Source of the DNA: Daphnia carinata
Taxonomy: Eukaryota
Direction: 5' to 3'
Assembly (NCBI RefSeq): GCF_022539665.2
Contig: NC_081331.1
Location: forward strand, 10,788,001-10,852,000
Length of the DNA stretch: 64,000 bases
Part shown: piece by piece, positions 1 to 13,942 of the stretch
How the letters are laid out: each line of letters starts with the position of its first letter
How positions within the stretch are numbered: the first letter of the stretch is position 1
Translations under genes and position numbers: made by a program
The notes under the pieces: generated by a model
Database searches by the model: none
Told to the model about the DNA's origin: nothing
Seen by the model: the letters and a program-made list of their open reading frames with translations, nothing else

Positions 1-689
1 CAGGAGCAGCAGAGGAACTCCCAAGAATCAGTTTGTCCAGCTAGTTCCCCGTTTTGATGGTCATGACATGTTTGGTATACAGAAACAGAAGCTTAAAGGC
101 CATTTGTATAGGCAACAACTACAATACTGGGCTCAGACCTATACCAATGCCCTAAATAGTTGATTTAATGCGTCCCCCTGTATGACGACGCTTGCGATGT
201 CATCTATTCAATAATTTGTTGTCAAATGATCGCTTAAATGCTTAGTGCGCAGAATGCGCGATTTAACCTCATTCGTATCATGTAAATAGATTAAAGTAAC
301 TAATAGCCTGATGAACAGTGTTCAGCTTTTGTCGTTCGTTACTTGTGACCTAAACTGGTATTGGCCGTCTGGAATCTTGGTGCACGTGGTATACCTGTGA
401 TTCTGCTAATATTAAATATTTGCGACGCTACAACTTAAACAGAACGAAACTTGCCGTGTGTTAGTTTTCGCAAAAACTGGATATTATTGAACCTTGTCAT
501 TTAATATAACAGCCAACGTAAATCTATGATATCTCTACAACTTCAGCAAAGTTACTCACACAGACAACGCAAAAGTAATTGTTTTCGTGTAATCAACTGA
601 AATAGAAATTAAACATATTGCATACAAAATCATGCACAGTGGTTATTCATAATTTTAACCTAATTTCGAAAGGAAACGAGGCAACGTTT

Positions 690-1030
690 TCAGAATAAAG
701 GCTCGGCACAAAATTGGCTATCTCCACCGGTATCGATTTTCTTAACCGAAATCTCACACACCATTGTGAGATGTACTATTCGATAACATTCAGCTAACTT
801 GAACAGCTCTTTATTGTCTAGCATTGGAGTAATCGGCTCGCCTGTGTAGAGGAAATAAACAAACTGTCCAACACTTGATGCATTCATGTCATCGATTACG
901 ATCCACAAACTTGTTTTCGTGGCTGTTGTTCCGTAAATTCGGCTGTAAATATTTGCCAACAAAAATGAGATAATTTTGATGCTAAAGCACTGTGAAAGAA
1001 ACAGAAGTGTGACGTTTAGACTGTGACCGT
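690..1030 (-). pseudogene. BTB/POZ-domain (SPOP-like) gene fragment, probably degenerate
   Basis: ORF 690..1103 contains IVIDDMNASSVGQFVYFLYTGE...KELFKLAECYRIVHLTMVCE, matching the C-terminal half of a BTB domain (I.D....F..FL.FLYTG...LL.LA..Y.I..L...CE); the N-terminal half is only partly recognisable and appears frameshifted; no clear start. Confidence 0.6.
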
Positions 1031-3586
1031 TTAACCGATCCTGATAATCAAGCAAATGTTTTAAAATTTTATTAAATTTTATGAGACATATCATAAGACA
1101 CATGATGGGGAATTAGAATGAATCATCAAATTGCACAAAGCAAACCAAAGTTGAAAAGAAAACAATCCCATAGCGTCACGTGTTTCGGCTAAGGGGAGTG
1201 GTGCGCATTTTAAGATTCAAAATCTTCAAGGTGAATCGACAGGATTGTTTTTCACCCGAAAACTGCTAGCGTACCCTTCCTGCTCTATGTACCCCGCAGC
1301 TAAATTATCGAAACATCCACCGCATTGTCCAAAAAACTCTGAAAAAATGCTTACCTTTCCCTTTCTTTTAGTCGAAAAAAAAACAATCATGAATTTACAT
1401 ATTACTTTTTCAAGGATGCCTGTAACGGAGGGAAGGGTGACAATCGTTGCTTTTGTTTTAGTCTAGAAAAAAAGAGAACAACTTGTAATAAGGTACGAAT
1501 CGGGGGCAATGACATGCAAATTTACTGCCACCCCTCAAGAACGCGCCATTTTACCAAAGGCGCTTGAAAACGCCAAGGACACAATCATTTTGAATTCATT
1601 TTGCGGGAAAATATTTCGCAATTATTACAGTTTATTCTGATTGAATTCTGTCATCTCTATTATTCAGCTAAAGTATAGATTTTACTGACAGTTTGTTTCA
1701 TACCGTTTTAGCAAGTCCAACGGTAGACAATCACCATTGACAGTCCAGGTGGAAAACTACGTAGCAACACCTTCTTACGAGCCCTGTAAAATACCCGCAG
1801 AGTACAGGTAGAAGAAAAGGCTTGGCATGCAGACTAGTACACAATCATCCTTTTCCATAATAGATGCGTTCAGCTCCGTTTTCGCAGAGCTGAGCACGTT
1901 TACGATCGATATTTTAAACTGTCGTCTACCTTGTTACGTAGCTGGCCAAGTCCAGCAGTCGTGCTATCTTCACATTATCAAGTCTGCACCATCTACGATA
2001 TGTGGCAATACAATTTGTGTGTTGCCTGTTTAAGAATTAGAGCCTCTTTTATTTTCACAATGCGGTGGCACTGCATAAACTAACATGCTGTGTAAAAGCG
2101 GGCTTAACATGATGTGGCACGCCTGGTCATAGCTTCAATCCACGAATTCTAGATAACACGCTATTGTACAGAAATTCTTGACATTCATAATAGTTCTTGG
2201 TAGCACATCATGATATCTTACGACTTAACGCACGGTCTTTGCCCGTGCATGAACGGACCCTTTTTTTACGTCATGGACTAAATTAAACTGCTTCACTACT
2301 GAATCTGACGTAAGTTGACTACCCACATTTTATGACACAATCTATCCATGTAAATCATAACTAGAATGCACATATATATATTCTGCTGAAATCGCTATGA
2401 CCTACTTCTGAGCACGTATTCAACTACACAAGCGCTGAAATCGATCCGGAACGTCTGCGATTTATTTTAGTGCTGGAACAATGAGATCATCAAAAATCCA
2501 GAAATAGAAAACAAAACATGCATAGAGCGAAAGCCAAACTGTACGTAGGGTCAAGCAGTTTGATCGATTTCAATTCCATTATTAAAGCAACGCTTGAGCT
2601 CATCGTGATTCTACCATTGAAAATGAGCGGTCTCTGCTTGTCCACGTACTATGCGGTCGATCGAGCGGCCATTATGTCCCTAGCAGAAAGTAACCTGCTA
2701 ATGGACTCATGATTTATGCACAGCAAAACGTGAGGTCGTTAGATTGCAGTAGATCGAGCTGATGGGGTCACCGCTGTGAGCCATCATCTTGCTGGAAACA
2801 AGAACTTTCTGGAAGAACTTGTGAGACTCGTGGCAATGCGCGTACAAAATAGGGCCACTGCTGATGGATTCGTCAAAACGATGGCGTGACTCACGCTGCG
2901 AATCTGATGAAAAACGAACCAGTCATATGGTACTACACGTTCGTGATGCTTTATATTGCTCTTTTGTTTTTATTTCTCTCGTTCCATTCAAGTTGGTTGG
3001 TCCTTTGCTTGCCTCTACGCTCTTTTGTTTTGTTTCCTTTTTGTTATTTATTCGGCTGGCTTGATGTGACTAGCCCAGGTCTGCTGTCTTTATTTGCGTG
3101 AGCTGATGGATGATGGACCCTACACGCAATAACGACACTGTATAGTACAGGCCTATAGGGCAATGTAACTACGTGTACGTCGTCTTCTATAAGAGGTAGG
3201 TTGAACAAAATAACAACGGAAGGCTTTATATAGGGGCCAATTTTTCGTGTGGGAATCCATCCGTAGCGAAGCGGGTCTTCAACTTCCCTTTTTTTCCGCC
3301 CTTTCAGTTTTCATTTTCCAGCATATGGTTGCCAATGCTGCAAGCATTTGGGTTGCCATGACGCTGCTGTATCAATTAGCATGACAAAACACACGGTTCC
3401 ATATAGCTGTTATAGGAGGGGGGTTATCGTTCGGACTTCTTCGATGCCCGACAGCTCGAAATCTACGTCAGTTAGCCGTTTGCGTTTGCCCAGGTAGCGC
3501 GGAGTAAAAGAGTTGTCGGGTAGTCTTAAATTTATCATTTGCTGTCGCACAATCGTCGTCAAGATATCGGAGTTTGACGATCGGAA

Positions 3587-5485
3587 ATGGGGACCAGAAG
3601 TGTAGGCGGAGAAGGAGCTTATACAACACCTACTGAATGGAAGCTATGGAATCAAACGAAGGTTTAAATAACCCATGCGTTTTACGCAAGGTCTATTATG
3701 ATAATCGTTTTTGGTTGATTGACATGTTTGGCTTTTTTCCAGTTGAGTCAAAGCCAATTTGAACGGCTGACAGCCGAACGTCTTGACGCCGAAAGCAAAA
3801 GGCTTCGTGATGATGTCGGTACCCGCGTTACTTCAAGTCGTCGTGAGGTATGTTTCAACTAAATTATGATAATCTTGTATTTCACTGTGTTAACCAGTAA
3901 ACAAACGACAGGTGAGTCAGCAATTCTCGACGAGGATTAGAGATTTGCAGTACTGGTCTACCAACTTGGAATCCAAGACGGCAGAAGTTGGCTCAGAGAT
4001 AGACGCTCTGTTGCAATGCCAATCGCAATTGCAACGAATGCATCACGCCTGCGGAGGTCCGTCCTTGTTTCTATAATAGCTAATTTAGCTTCTATCCTAA
4101 GTACAGCACTATCTAATAAATAATAATAAAACCTGACAATTTATTGATTAAACTGCGTATATGAGCGCTATCTATTTGTTATACACGCAGACCCGATCGC
4201 TGTTGTTGAACAATGTCTGCAATTGCGGGAACGCCGTTCTCATGTTGATCGATGTCTTGATGAAGTTCAAAGTTCTCTGCACGATGAGCTGCGTACTTTA
4301 CGCCAAGGGGAGATGGTGCTTGGAAGGACGGTCATTGAAGCGAACGAACAGCTCAGACTCTTGCGAAGCGCTAAATTTCAGTTGGACCGTGACCTAGCCG
4401 ACAAATCCAAAGCCAGCGAGATTGATTCAACAACTGCCGGATTGGCCGACTCTGTTGTGGGCGACGGCCGTACTCCACGGCATGACATTTTAAACAGACA
4501 AGAATGTAAAGGAAAAATTGACTTTATAAAAATTTAATTTCCCTTATTTTCATAGATTGCTATCGGATCTCGTCCATTCGAGCCAAGTAAACGCAACGGT
4601 CCATTTCCCTTGGAGCACTCCCGGTGCGGATTTGGGTGGAAACGATCGTAATGCCGGAGCCATAACCAAAGCCAACAGGTTCGTACATTTTTTTATTTTT
4701 GAAGTGAATTTTTTTTGCTAATTAATTTTTTTCTTCATTGGCCAACAGGCAAACAACTCCGACTGAATGGCAAAGTTTTACAGAGAGAAACGTACAAGAA
4801 GCGTCCGAACAAGTACATCGCTCCTTACAGTTGCGAGTCACGTCAATGGCTGTTATGCAGGATATCATCCGTGACACGCGCTCTCACGCCAATCAGGTGG
4901 ACCAGCTATTCCATGACGTCATCGACCGGACGAGGAAAGCGTTGGGAGCCCTGAAATCGGAGCACAACGCCGTCTGCCAGCAAATCCAAGACACGGAAGA
5001 GACGGCCTCCGGACTGCGCGCCGCCATCGGCGCTCAAGACGCTCCGCTCGGCAGCGCCATCCAACAGCTGGCCCGGAGAACTGCCCGTCCCAACGTCGAA
5101 TTCTGTCGGTAAGTCCATGCGTGACGTATTACAGAACGCTGTCCGCATTACTGATCATTTGTTCTGTTTATAATAACAGCGACGGCGTCCAGGATTGCCT
5201 GGAAACTCGGGTGGACGTAGTCAGGACTTCGTTACGTCAACTCCAGGAAAAACTTAGTCAGGTGAGTGATGTTTAACATGATTTTGGAATTTAACGACTT
5301 CTGACTTTCTTTTTGGATGTTTGTCGCATGAAAACCAATCAAAGGCTGAGGCGTCACTACGTCGGCTACGTCAATCCAAATTCGACCTGGAGCAGGAGAT
5401 CGCCGTGAAGGAGGCGACGCTAAGGATTGACGCAGATCATTGCATGAATGCGTTGCGCAGAAATATGGTCCTTCCACAACCGTGA
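3587..5485 (+). CDS. Tektin family protein (multi-exon)
   Basis: ATG 3587 MGTRSVGGEGAYTTPTEWKLWNQ; spliced exons give ICLQLRERRSHVDRCLDEVQSSLHDEL-like, LRSAKFQLDRDLADKSKASEID, TTPTEWQSFTERN, RRTARPNVEFCRD (tektin signature RPNVELCRD) and LEQEIAVKEATLRIDADHCM; stop TGA 5483-5485. Confidence 0.9.
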
Positions 5486-6579
5486 AAGGTCAGCTCACCT
5501 AAATAGTACGATTCTCAATTTCACACTTGTTGTCGTTTGGCATTATCATCATCAACTCTCACTCAAGAGTAAATCACAAAATAATACACAGCACGAAAAC
5601 GCTTCAAACACATTTTGTAACAATGTAATAGACAGCTAAACTAATTTAGTTTTACTATCTGAAAGGAGTTCACCGAAAATTGCGAGTAGCACTTTGAAAA
5701 CATGAAAGTGTTTGACCAAGGAAATGTGCGTAAGATTGATGGTCACGAGTTTAGACACCAGGCAAATGAATAAGTTACAGATCCCCGTTAGTTTGTTTAA
5801 TCCTAACAAAAAGAAAGAGTTTCCCTTAGCAAACTTTTAAGTGATGGCATCGTCCCGGCTGACTCAGCGTGAAAAATGCTATACAAAACTTGAACGTTTA
5901 TTGAAAGAGCTTCGCTAAAAATGAACGAACGGGTAACGATTTCAATTATGTATTGAATTTTATTTGATTCCATGAATAAGCGATACAGAAACAAGTGTAT
6001 TCTTGAACATGGTTTGTTTTGGAATACAGAAAAAACTTTGAGTAATTTTTGCTTGTTGATCAAACTAGAATTAACAACCGATGAAAAAATCTTATCGTTA
6101 CGAACTTTCATTAAATATAAAGGAACTTTACGATTTCACTTATTTGATCTTGTTTATCTTCATCGTCTCTTAGCTGATTCCCTTTAAGTGAATTGTTGGA
6201 AATCTTACTCAAAATACCCGCAAGGTAAATAAGATTGACGAAGGGGGTTACTCCGTTAAGACGATATAATTGATTAATGTAAACAACCGATTCAACAGGT
6301 AAGGAAAATACAATATTATAAACGTTACGTCAAGTTTCCGCATCACTCCTTGATCAGTAAAAAATGTCGACCTAGGAATCGACGTAAACCGTTGGACACA
6401 AGGGAACATAAAGGAGTGTGGCTTAGAAACCCTTTGACGGGAAGACGTGCATTTGCCTATGAATGCCTCTAAACAATTTCAACCAACTTTCTTTACTTAA
6501 ACCGATTGACAACACACGATAAATGTCTGTAAAACTTGAAAGCCAATGTAACAATAAGGATAACGCACCAGATGTTGGA

Positions 6580-8898
6580 TTATTGTTCGAGCAACGAAAG
6601 TGCAATTGCCTCATCTTCTGGGTATTCAGCCCGTTTCGCGTTGTTGGGGATATATCGACGACCGTCAAAATATTCAAAGTGGAGGCCGACATCTGCATGA
6701 TTGATAATAGCACCGCCAGGATGGAGCTCCAAATGATCTTCAAGATGTAAAATTTATTTAGACGAGCGTTTTGTTATGAATAAGCATCCAACATGTACCT
6801 TCTGCCACATATCCTGCGTTGCCATCCTCAGTCAGAACGTAATAAAACGGCTGATCTCGGCCACGAATTAAATTCCGCGTCATTCGACTTATCCACTCAT
6901 CAGATGCTTGGCATTTGGCGTCCCATGACACGATAACGCAAGTGTACGAACGGCGCAATAATTCTTCGCCAACGCTATATTTCATGACGAGGCCGACAGC
7001 GTATCTCATCGATGATGGCCGATGACAGGCAGCTGTCTGGCGGAAAATAAAAACCATGACAAATATAAAGAAAGGCTTTCTTTGATAAAAAAAAAAACGA
7101 AGAGAATTTCTAACATTCTTTGTTTGAGATTGTTGCTCACTCAGTTTCCTGGCACACTTAGTATAAGTGATTTGACGGACACGCTCCCAATGACCAGGCT
7201 CGAAATCCACTCTAGTCCATTCATCAGAAAATTCATCCGACTGTCAATCAAGCAAAAATCATAGTCAGCTTTGCACAGAATTTAAAAGTTTCAATCTCGA
7301 GGAAACTAGCACCCAATTACCAGAAGGAGCTGGATAGCTTCTTCAAGCTGAACTCCAAGAAAGGCGCATAACTCAGCGTACGCAACGACAGAGGGAGTTT
7401 GGCCAGGCGAAATGACGCAAGCCAATCGTGAGAAGTGCAATTGGTTTCGTAATCTTTGGTCGTCACGTCGGCTATCTGGTCTATCATCGTGTACTCTAGA
7501 GCATTGGATCAAATTGTTCACCATTCGCTGGAAAACTTGTTCGGCCGGAACAGCTGCGTAGGCTTCACGGTGAATGTTTGGACGTGGTTGGCCAATTAAA
7601 GCCGGACAGGAACGAGGCTGATGTGATGCGCCGTTATTGAAGGCATCGATGAAAGTATAACTATCAGCAGATTCACGACTTTAAAAAGAAAGAACATTTT
7701 GAATATGCCAAATATTGATATGTGCGTTAGGTTACTATTCCTTACTGAGGGTGTTCCCGCCATCTAAGAAGGAAATGTTGAGGGAACGAAACGGGCTCGC
7801 ATTGGATTCCTAATCGTTTTGCGACTTCGTGGTAGATGATGCATAATGTTATGGGTATGCCTTTTTTTGTTTGAAGAACCTTTAGTGATTACAGCAACAG
7901 AGTTCAAATACGGTGCGAAGAAAACGTAAGCCATTTAGCTTACCTTATCGATATAGGAATTATCGTGTGCGTAGTAATCTTCCTTGTTGCCCTGAAAACC
8001 CTTTTCCTCATACAGTACTTGGTTTAAGCAATTCAAGATTTTTCTAACAGTTCTTGGGTCATCTGTGGCTGTCTTCGCATCTATTGCACTACTCTTCATG
8101 TCAGCAAGCTGTCTCACTCTCTGTGCAATATCTTCTAGAATTGTTTCAACTTCTCTTAAACTGGTTAAATGTTCTTGGTCTATTTGACCCCATTGGGAAA
8201 TCAGCATAGCTCCTTCCAATAAGGATATTTCAGATTCTGGTTTTGCCTTGAATTTTTGCCACATTGTTTGTAGTCTACATCTCCTTACATATCCAAGTGC
8301 TTGGTTGGCATAGAATTTGGATGTCAAATTTTGCTTCCTGAACGGGAAAAAGTACTTTAATTGTATATAAAGATTATTATGACATCACAATGTTCAATGT
8401 CCAGACACTCACTGCATATCCGTGGGATGATAAATGAGTTTCAGAAGCTCATCTTCAACAAACTGACTTGACAAAACAAAAGATGAGTCTCCCAAAATGA
8501 GCTTATCCATCAATTTAATAGGTGGCTGGCCTATTGGATAAGAAACAGCTGAGAAGTTCTCAAGAGCTTTTTCTACATCTTTAACCACTTTTAGTCGTAG
8601 AGCTACCACGTCCAACCATGGCATTTCATTTTCCTTATTTCTTAATTCATTGTGTAACCTTGGCCACCTGTCAAAGCATGGATTATATTACATAAACTAA
8701 AAACTACATAATAAACATGAAAAAACATTTGTCTTCTTACCTTATCATGAACTTCTGTCGCCATATTTCATTAGAATTTCGTATGAGGTTGTGGAAACGA
8801 TGACATGTAAGCATTAGGTGATGCAAATCTGAGATTTCAATATTATTGTACAGCAATATCTGACATAACACTTCGTTTGGAAACGAAATTATATCCAT
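6580..8898 (-). CDS. FBXO21: F-box only protein 21-like (F-box, SirB1/transglutaminase-like core, YccV-like C-terminal domain)
   Basis: ATG at 8898 gives F-box MDIISFPNEVLCQILL...LMLTCHRFHNLIRNSNEIWRQKF; middle exons LNQVLYEEKGFQGNKEDYYAHDNSYIDKV...KKGIPITLCIIYHEVAKRLG...VSFPQHFLLRW; C-terminal YAVGLVMKY...VIVSWD...QPFYYVLTEDG..YVAE and VGLHFEYFDGRRYIPNNAKRAEYPED; stop at 6580-6582. Confidence 0.9.
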
Positions 8899-10251
8899 TT
8901 GAGTTGACAACTCTTAATTTTATTATCGACAGAAAAACCACAACAAAGAAGCTTTCTCTTTATGCCAACTGTTATGGAGATGGACAATATGATGCTAAAA
9001 ATACCTGCTTTTTCGACTTGTCTCTTGTTTACATATTTGATCAGCTGTTTTCGGTCGTTGCCAGATTTGCGCTACTAAGAAACGAAAACGAAAGTTTCTA
9101 GAATTCTAGCGATTTCAATATATTACGCTATGGAAAACGAAAAACAGGTCAGATACGCTTTCCAGAAAAGAAAGTTCTTTAGTCGGTTCAGAATAGGTTA
9201 TAACTATATTAATCCCGCGATGGGAGGTGCCGGTGACCAAGTTCTGCGATTTTATAACCTTTATGATTCGTTGTCACGCATTGTAATTAACATATGTTTG
9301 TATGAAAGGATAGACATTTTTCTAAAAATCTAATAATGTTCCTAGAAAGAATCGAAAATTTTTGCTTACAAGTTGTCCACCCTGTTAATACTTTAGAACA
9401 CTCTTTAGCAAAGCGGCACAGATTTCGTGTTGAACTTGCCGATCTTCCTTCTTCCCTTAATAAGGAAAAATACAAAGAGATGGGCTGGGCTTAGTTTGGA
9501 GAAACTTTTTCCGTAGTATATACAGCTATCGATGCGGGCTACGTTACCTAAATACAGGTTTCTTTTTAAGGGTGAAGAATTTCCAAAATAACAATACGGG
9601 GCTGTTGTGATACTCAGGTACCATTCAGGTGAACATAAGACTAGAAAGTTTTCGTTTTTGAGAGTGTCAAAAATTGCAAAATTTGGCAAACGGTTTTCAT
9701 TTCGCTATTATAGTGAACACTTCAACAATGCCGACTGATCTTTGTACGCCCGTTTTCAAAAGAGCATAGTAGTTTAAACCTTCTCGCATTCCGTAAAGAT
9801 TGCTTTAACCTGGCGGTGTAATGTGGCATCCATTCAACTGAGATGACATCACGATTTTGAGGAAATCGGTGACCTTCGTCGTGTATGCCTGCCGGATGCA
9901 CTCAGTACGCTGTTGCTGTACCCGCTTCATACCGAAGAGCAGATAACACTGTGCACGCGCATCTATCAGTAAAGGCGGGAGCTGATGAGCTATGAAGAAA
10001 GAGTAAAAGTATCAGACGACCCTGACGGTCGTGCCATTTACAATTGATGTACTCTTCTCGTAGCCATAGAGGCCGCCTTTTCTACCTCAATCAGGTTCTT
10101 TATGAGGAAGAATTGCTGCTAGTGTCTAGTAGTTTCTCCTTTCTCTCATTTCTATATAATAAGACGACGCCTCCAGCTGAAGAAGAGAATGTTACAGGGG
10201 GAATAAAGGTCACCTACTAGGATTCACTTTCATCGGCAGCCTGCGTGCGTG

Positions 10252-10258
10252 TATAAAA
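10252..10258 (+). promoter_or_regulatory. TATA box of cuticle gene A1
   Basis: TATAAAA about 85 nt upstream of ATG 10337; the same TATAAAAGATGG context is upstream of paralog A2 (15327-15333). Confidence 0.7.
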
Positions 10259-10336
10259 GATGGCCATTCTTGGAATCATCTTCACACTTCTCTCAACTGT
10301 ATTCAGAAGAGCAGCACAACAATCCCAACTTGTAAA

Positions 10337-10871
10337 ATGAAATTCGTAAGTGTGACTTAGATTTAAGTAAAAATCAAATTGTTTCTAACGTGTACTAGTA
10401 ACACTAACTTACTGTACGTTCGCTGCACGACCAGATCGTCGCTCTTGCTTTCTTGGCCGTGGCACTTGCTGCACCTCAAGGAGATAAGAAGCCCATCGAG
10501 ATTGTGTCATCCAACAGCGAAATGAACGCCGATGGCAGTTATTCCTTCAAGTAAGTAAACATTCAATGCCATGTTTGATAGACCCAACTCAATAGTCAAA
10601 TTTATGCTTCATCAGTTTCGAGAGCGCTGATGGAACCAAGATACAAGAAAGCGGAAGCCAGAAGCAGGTTGGACCTAAACCAGAGGATATTGGCACCGTT
10701 TCCAAGGGATCTTACTCCTACACATCTCCGGAAGGCGTCGTCATCACTGTAAACTGGGTTGCTGATGAAAACGGTTTCCAAGCTACTGGAGATCATTTGC
10801 CCACTCCTCCCCCAATGCCCGAGCACGTCGTAAAGATGCTCGCTGACTTGAAGGCTGCCGGTGTTCTGTAA
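10337..10871 (+). CDS. RR-1 chitin-binding cuticle protein, type A copy 1 (3 exons)
   Basis: MKF|IVALAFLAVALAAPQGDKKPIEIVSSNSEMNADGSYSFN|FESADGTKIQESG...KGSYSYTSPEGVVITVNWVADENGFQATGDHLP: signal peptide plus Rebers-Riddiford consensus; introns GT-AG; stop TAA 10869-10871. Confidence 0.95.
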
Positions 10872-11545
10872 GCAATTCAACTAGAGTCTCGCTTCGTATG
10901 TACATAACGCCAAAAAAAGTCTTCGTCGAGCAAACACCCAACATCAGCTAGTTGCGCTTGTATCATATACCAATTCCCTTGTACGCGATTGAGAAATAAA
11001 AATTTGTATTTCATAAAACGTTTCATGACTTATATCAGATAATTATTAGTGCCGTTATACCTCCCTTCTGAACAATTAATGGTCTAGCATATCAAGCGTG
11101 TCTTTTTAAAACTCTATTTCTAATTATATTGAAAGCCACCAGGAATTTTGAGACAAAGCAAATAAATGGGATTGGCATCGTTTCGTCTATGGCTTTACAT
11201 TTTAGTTAAACAAACTAAACTGTTTTTTTTTGTAGTGACATTCATCCTCACTGAGTTGGTTATCGTAACGCCATTCGAGTCTTCGGTGTTAATAGAAATT
11301 AAGTAAGCTTGTAGTATAGGGAGAAAACTTCGGCCTTTGCATTACAAACACTAGAATACATAAATAGTACGACTTGTGAGTGATGGTAGATAATACATTC
11401 TTTATTTACACCAACATATTCAATCCATAACATAAAACATCACACGTCTGAATTAAGATGTTTTTACAATGTTAAAACTTTGTGTTCCATAAATATAGCT
11501 GGAGATACATTGAAATAATTTAAGCCGTCAACCAAGAATCATACT

Positions 11546-12242
11546 TTAATAGATTTTGAAGCCCTTTCCGTTGAAGGGAATGTGGACTGGGGCAACTGGG
11601 AGAACGTATTCGTGGACGGGGGCGACGGGGAGAACGTATTCGTGGACGGGAGCGACTGGGAGCTCGTAGACGTGGACGGGGGCAACCGGCAAGTGGTCAC
11701 CCTTGGGTTGGAAACCGGCCTCATCAGCAACCCAGGTCAAAGTGAACTTCTGGCCCTCAGGGGAAATCCAGTAGGAAGATCCCTTGTTGGTGTTGCCAAA
11801 GACTTCCGCGGTGTATTCTTTGCCATAATCATCGACGGTAGTGACAGTGAATTTCTTTTGCTCCTGGGCTTCCTCACGGGTGGTGTAGTCAGACTGGGCG
11901 TAGCTATGGCAAGAAAATTACCATGTTTCTTTTAGAATTTTGCGGAGGTTTGAATGGCAACAGAGAGAGCTGTAAGTGAAAACATAAAAACATACTTCCA
12001 CTTTCCGCTGCCATCAACGTTACGCTCGTCGGATTGACCAGTAACTGTGATCTCGGGGTATTTGTAGTCCTTCTCGTACGATTTTTCGTACGGCTTGTAA
12101 CTGGATGGAGCGGCGGCAGCGATGGCCAACACGGCGGCGATAACAAACTATGGGAAAATTATAAAGATATTTTAGTTAACCAGTATGAATCGCATACTGC
12201 AGTTAAACAGGAGCTAAGAGTGTTATTTTTTACCAGCTTCAT
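11546..12242 (-). CDS. RR-1-like cuticle protein, type B copy 1 (3 exons) with VAPVHEYVLP repeats
   Basis: MKL|FVIAAVLAIAAAAPSSYKPYEK...ERNVDGSGKWN|YAQSDY...KGSSYWISPEGQKFTLTWVADEAGFQPKGDHLPVAPVH...KIY*; TATA at about 12299-12305 (-). Confidence 0.95.
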
Positions 12243-13200
12243 GTTGAATTTGGTTAGTTTGCAGAATAACTGATGCTTTTGATGTGTCCAAGGGATGCTT
12301 ATATAGTCGAGTGAAGGGCACAATTTACTGCAATCGGCTGACCCAATTGTTCTCGACAAATCACAAGATATAGTTTCGTTCGACTAGATCCGAATAAACC
12401 CTTCTCTTTGTCAGGCCAGTTTTGTTAAAGCGTCATGATATCGTGAGGCGAAACGCAGTTTCTTGATTTTCACATTAGGTCATAGCCCAACAAGGCTTAT
12501 TTCTTTTTTCCAGATAACGTTTACTAAAAGCTTTCTTTAATCATTCATGCATACTTAGTTTTGAATTCAGAAAGTTAAGCATGTAAAGAAATTAAATCAT
12601 TACGTTTCCTCATAAAATTTAACGTCAGAGGGGCGATCGGAAACCAATGGCTTATGACTGAATTCTTATCGGGGACGTTATACGATCATAAGCCATAAGT
12701 GTAATGGATTAAAAATATCCGCCCCTGACGCAATTATGTGTTGTTACGAAAACCGTTAACCAATTCATTACCAACCCTTGTAAGGTTATTACCAATTTCT
12801 ATTGTAATTTTAAAGTTATCTTATTATTCAATGTCGCAATTTGAGCTTTCCATGTACCTGTTTTCATTTTTTCTGGTCCAGTGTGTTATATTATCATTCA
12901 TGTTGTCATTTTGAGTTTTGCTTTTCTGTAGTTACCCTTGAACGTGATGAACACATTTTTTTATCAACTTACCGCCCACGTACTTTAAAATGGATTTTAC
13001 ATGTTAATTTTATCGTCCTGTGTTTATCATTTGGAATTTTGCACGTTGCGAATGTAGCACTCTCTAATTGTTCTTGTAATGTACAAAAAAGATAAGTTAT
13101 ATAAGAGATATGTCATGTTTATTTACAACAGCGCATTCTATAAATACTTAAGATAGAATACATTGAAATAATTTATTATCCACAGTTAAAAAGGTATGGT

Positions 13201-13942
13201 CTAATAGATCTTGAAGCCCTTTCCATTGAAGGGAATATGGTCGGGAGCAACTGGGAGAACGTATTCGTGGACGGGTGCGACGGGGAGAACGTACTCATGG
13301 ACTGGGGCCACTGGAAGTTCGTAGACGTGGACGGGAGCAACGGGCAAGTGGTCACCCTTGGGGTGGAATCCAGCGTTATCAGCGACCCATGTCAAAGTGA
13401 ATTTCTCGCCTTCAGGAGAAACCCAGTAAGAAGATCCCTTGTTGGTGTTGCCAAAGACCTCTGCGGTGTATTCCTTGCCGTAGTCATCGACAGTAGTGAC
13501 GGTGAATTTCTTTTGCTCCTGGGCTTCCTCACGGGTGGTGTAGTCAGACTGGGCGTAGCTATAATATCATGCAAATTACGCGATTTCTTTTAGCATTTTG
13601 CGGAGGTATGAATGACAACAGAGAGAGCTGTAGGTGAAAACGTGAAAACATACTTCCACTTTCCGCTGCCATCAACATTACGCTCGTCGGATTGACCGGT
13701 GACGGTGATCTCTGGGTATTTGTAGTCCTTCTCGTACGTCTTTTCGTACGGCTTGTAGCTGGACGGAGCTGCTGCAGCAGCGGCGATGAGGACGACGACG
13801 ATGAACTATACAAAATCGAGTTGCAGAAAACAATCTTGATAAGAACTTAAGAAAACAAATGTAGGCTAATACATCTTCCAAAACTTGATAGTAAGAAATT
13901 CTATATTGAGAATCAGCATAGAGTCTAACTTACGAATTTCAT
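13201..13942 (-). CDS. RR-1-like cuticle protein, type B copy 2 (3 exons)
   Basis: MKF|FIVVVLIAAAAAAPSSYKPYEKTYEKDYKYP...GSSYWVSPEGEKFTLTWVADNAGFHPKGDHLP...; same exon structure as B1; TATAAA at about 14001-14006 (-). Confidence 0.95.

Noticed and set aside
1245..3101. Short ORFs upstream of tektin
   Set aside because: No motifs or coherent exon chain found.
11570..11690. 30-nt periodic repeats as a CRISPR-like array
   Set aside because: Eukaryotic context, no spacers, repeats are in-frame coding units.
11582..11935. Antisense ORFs over cuticle genes (also 10602, 13237, 15674, 32807, 34492)
   Set aside because: Shadows of the codon-biased cuticle CDS on the opposite strand; their conservation follows from the real genes.
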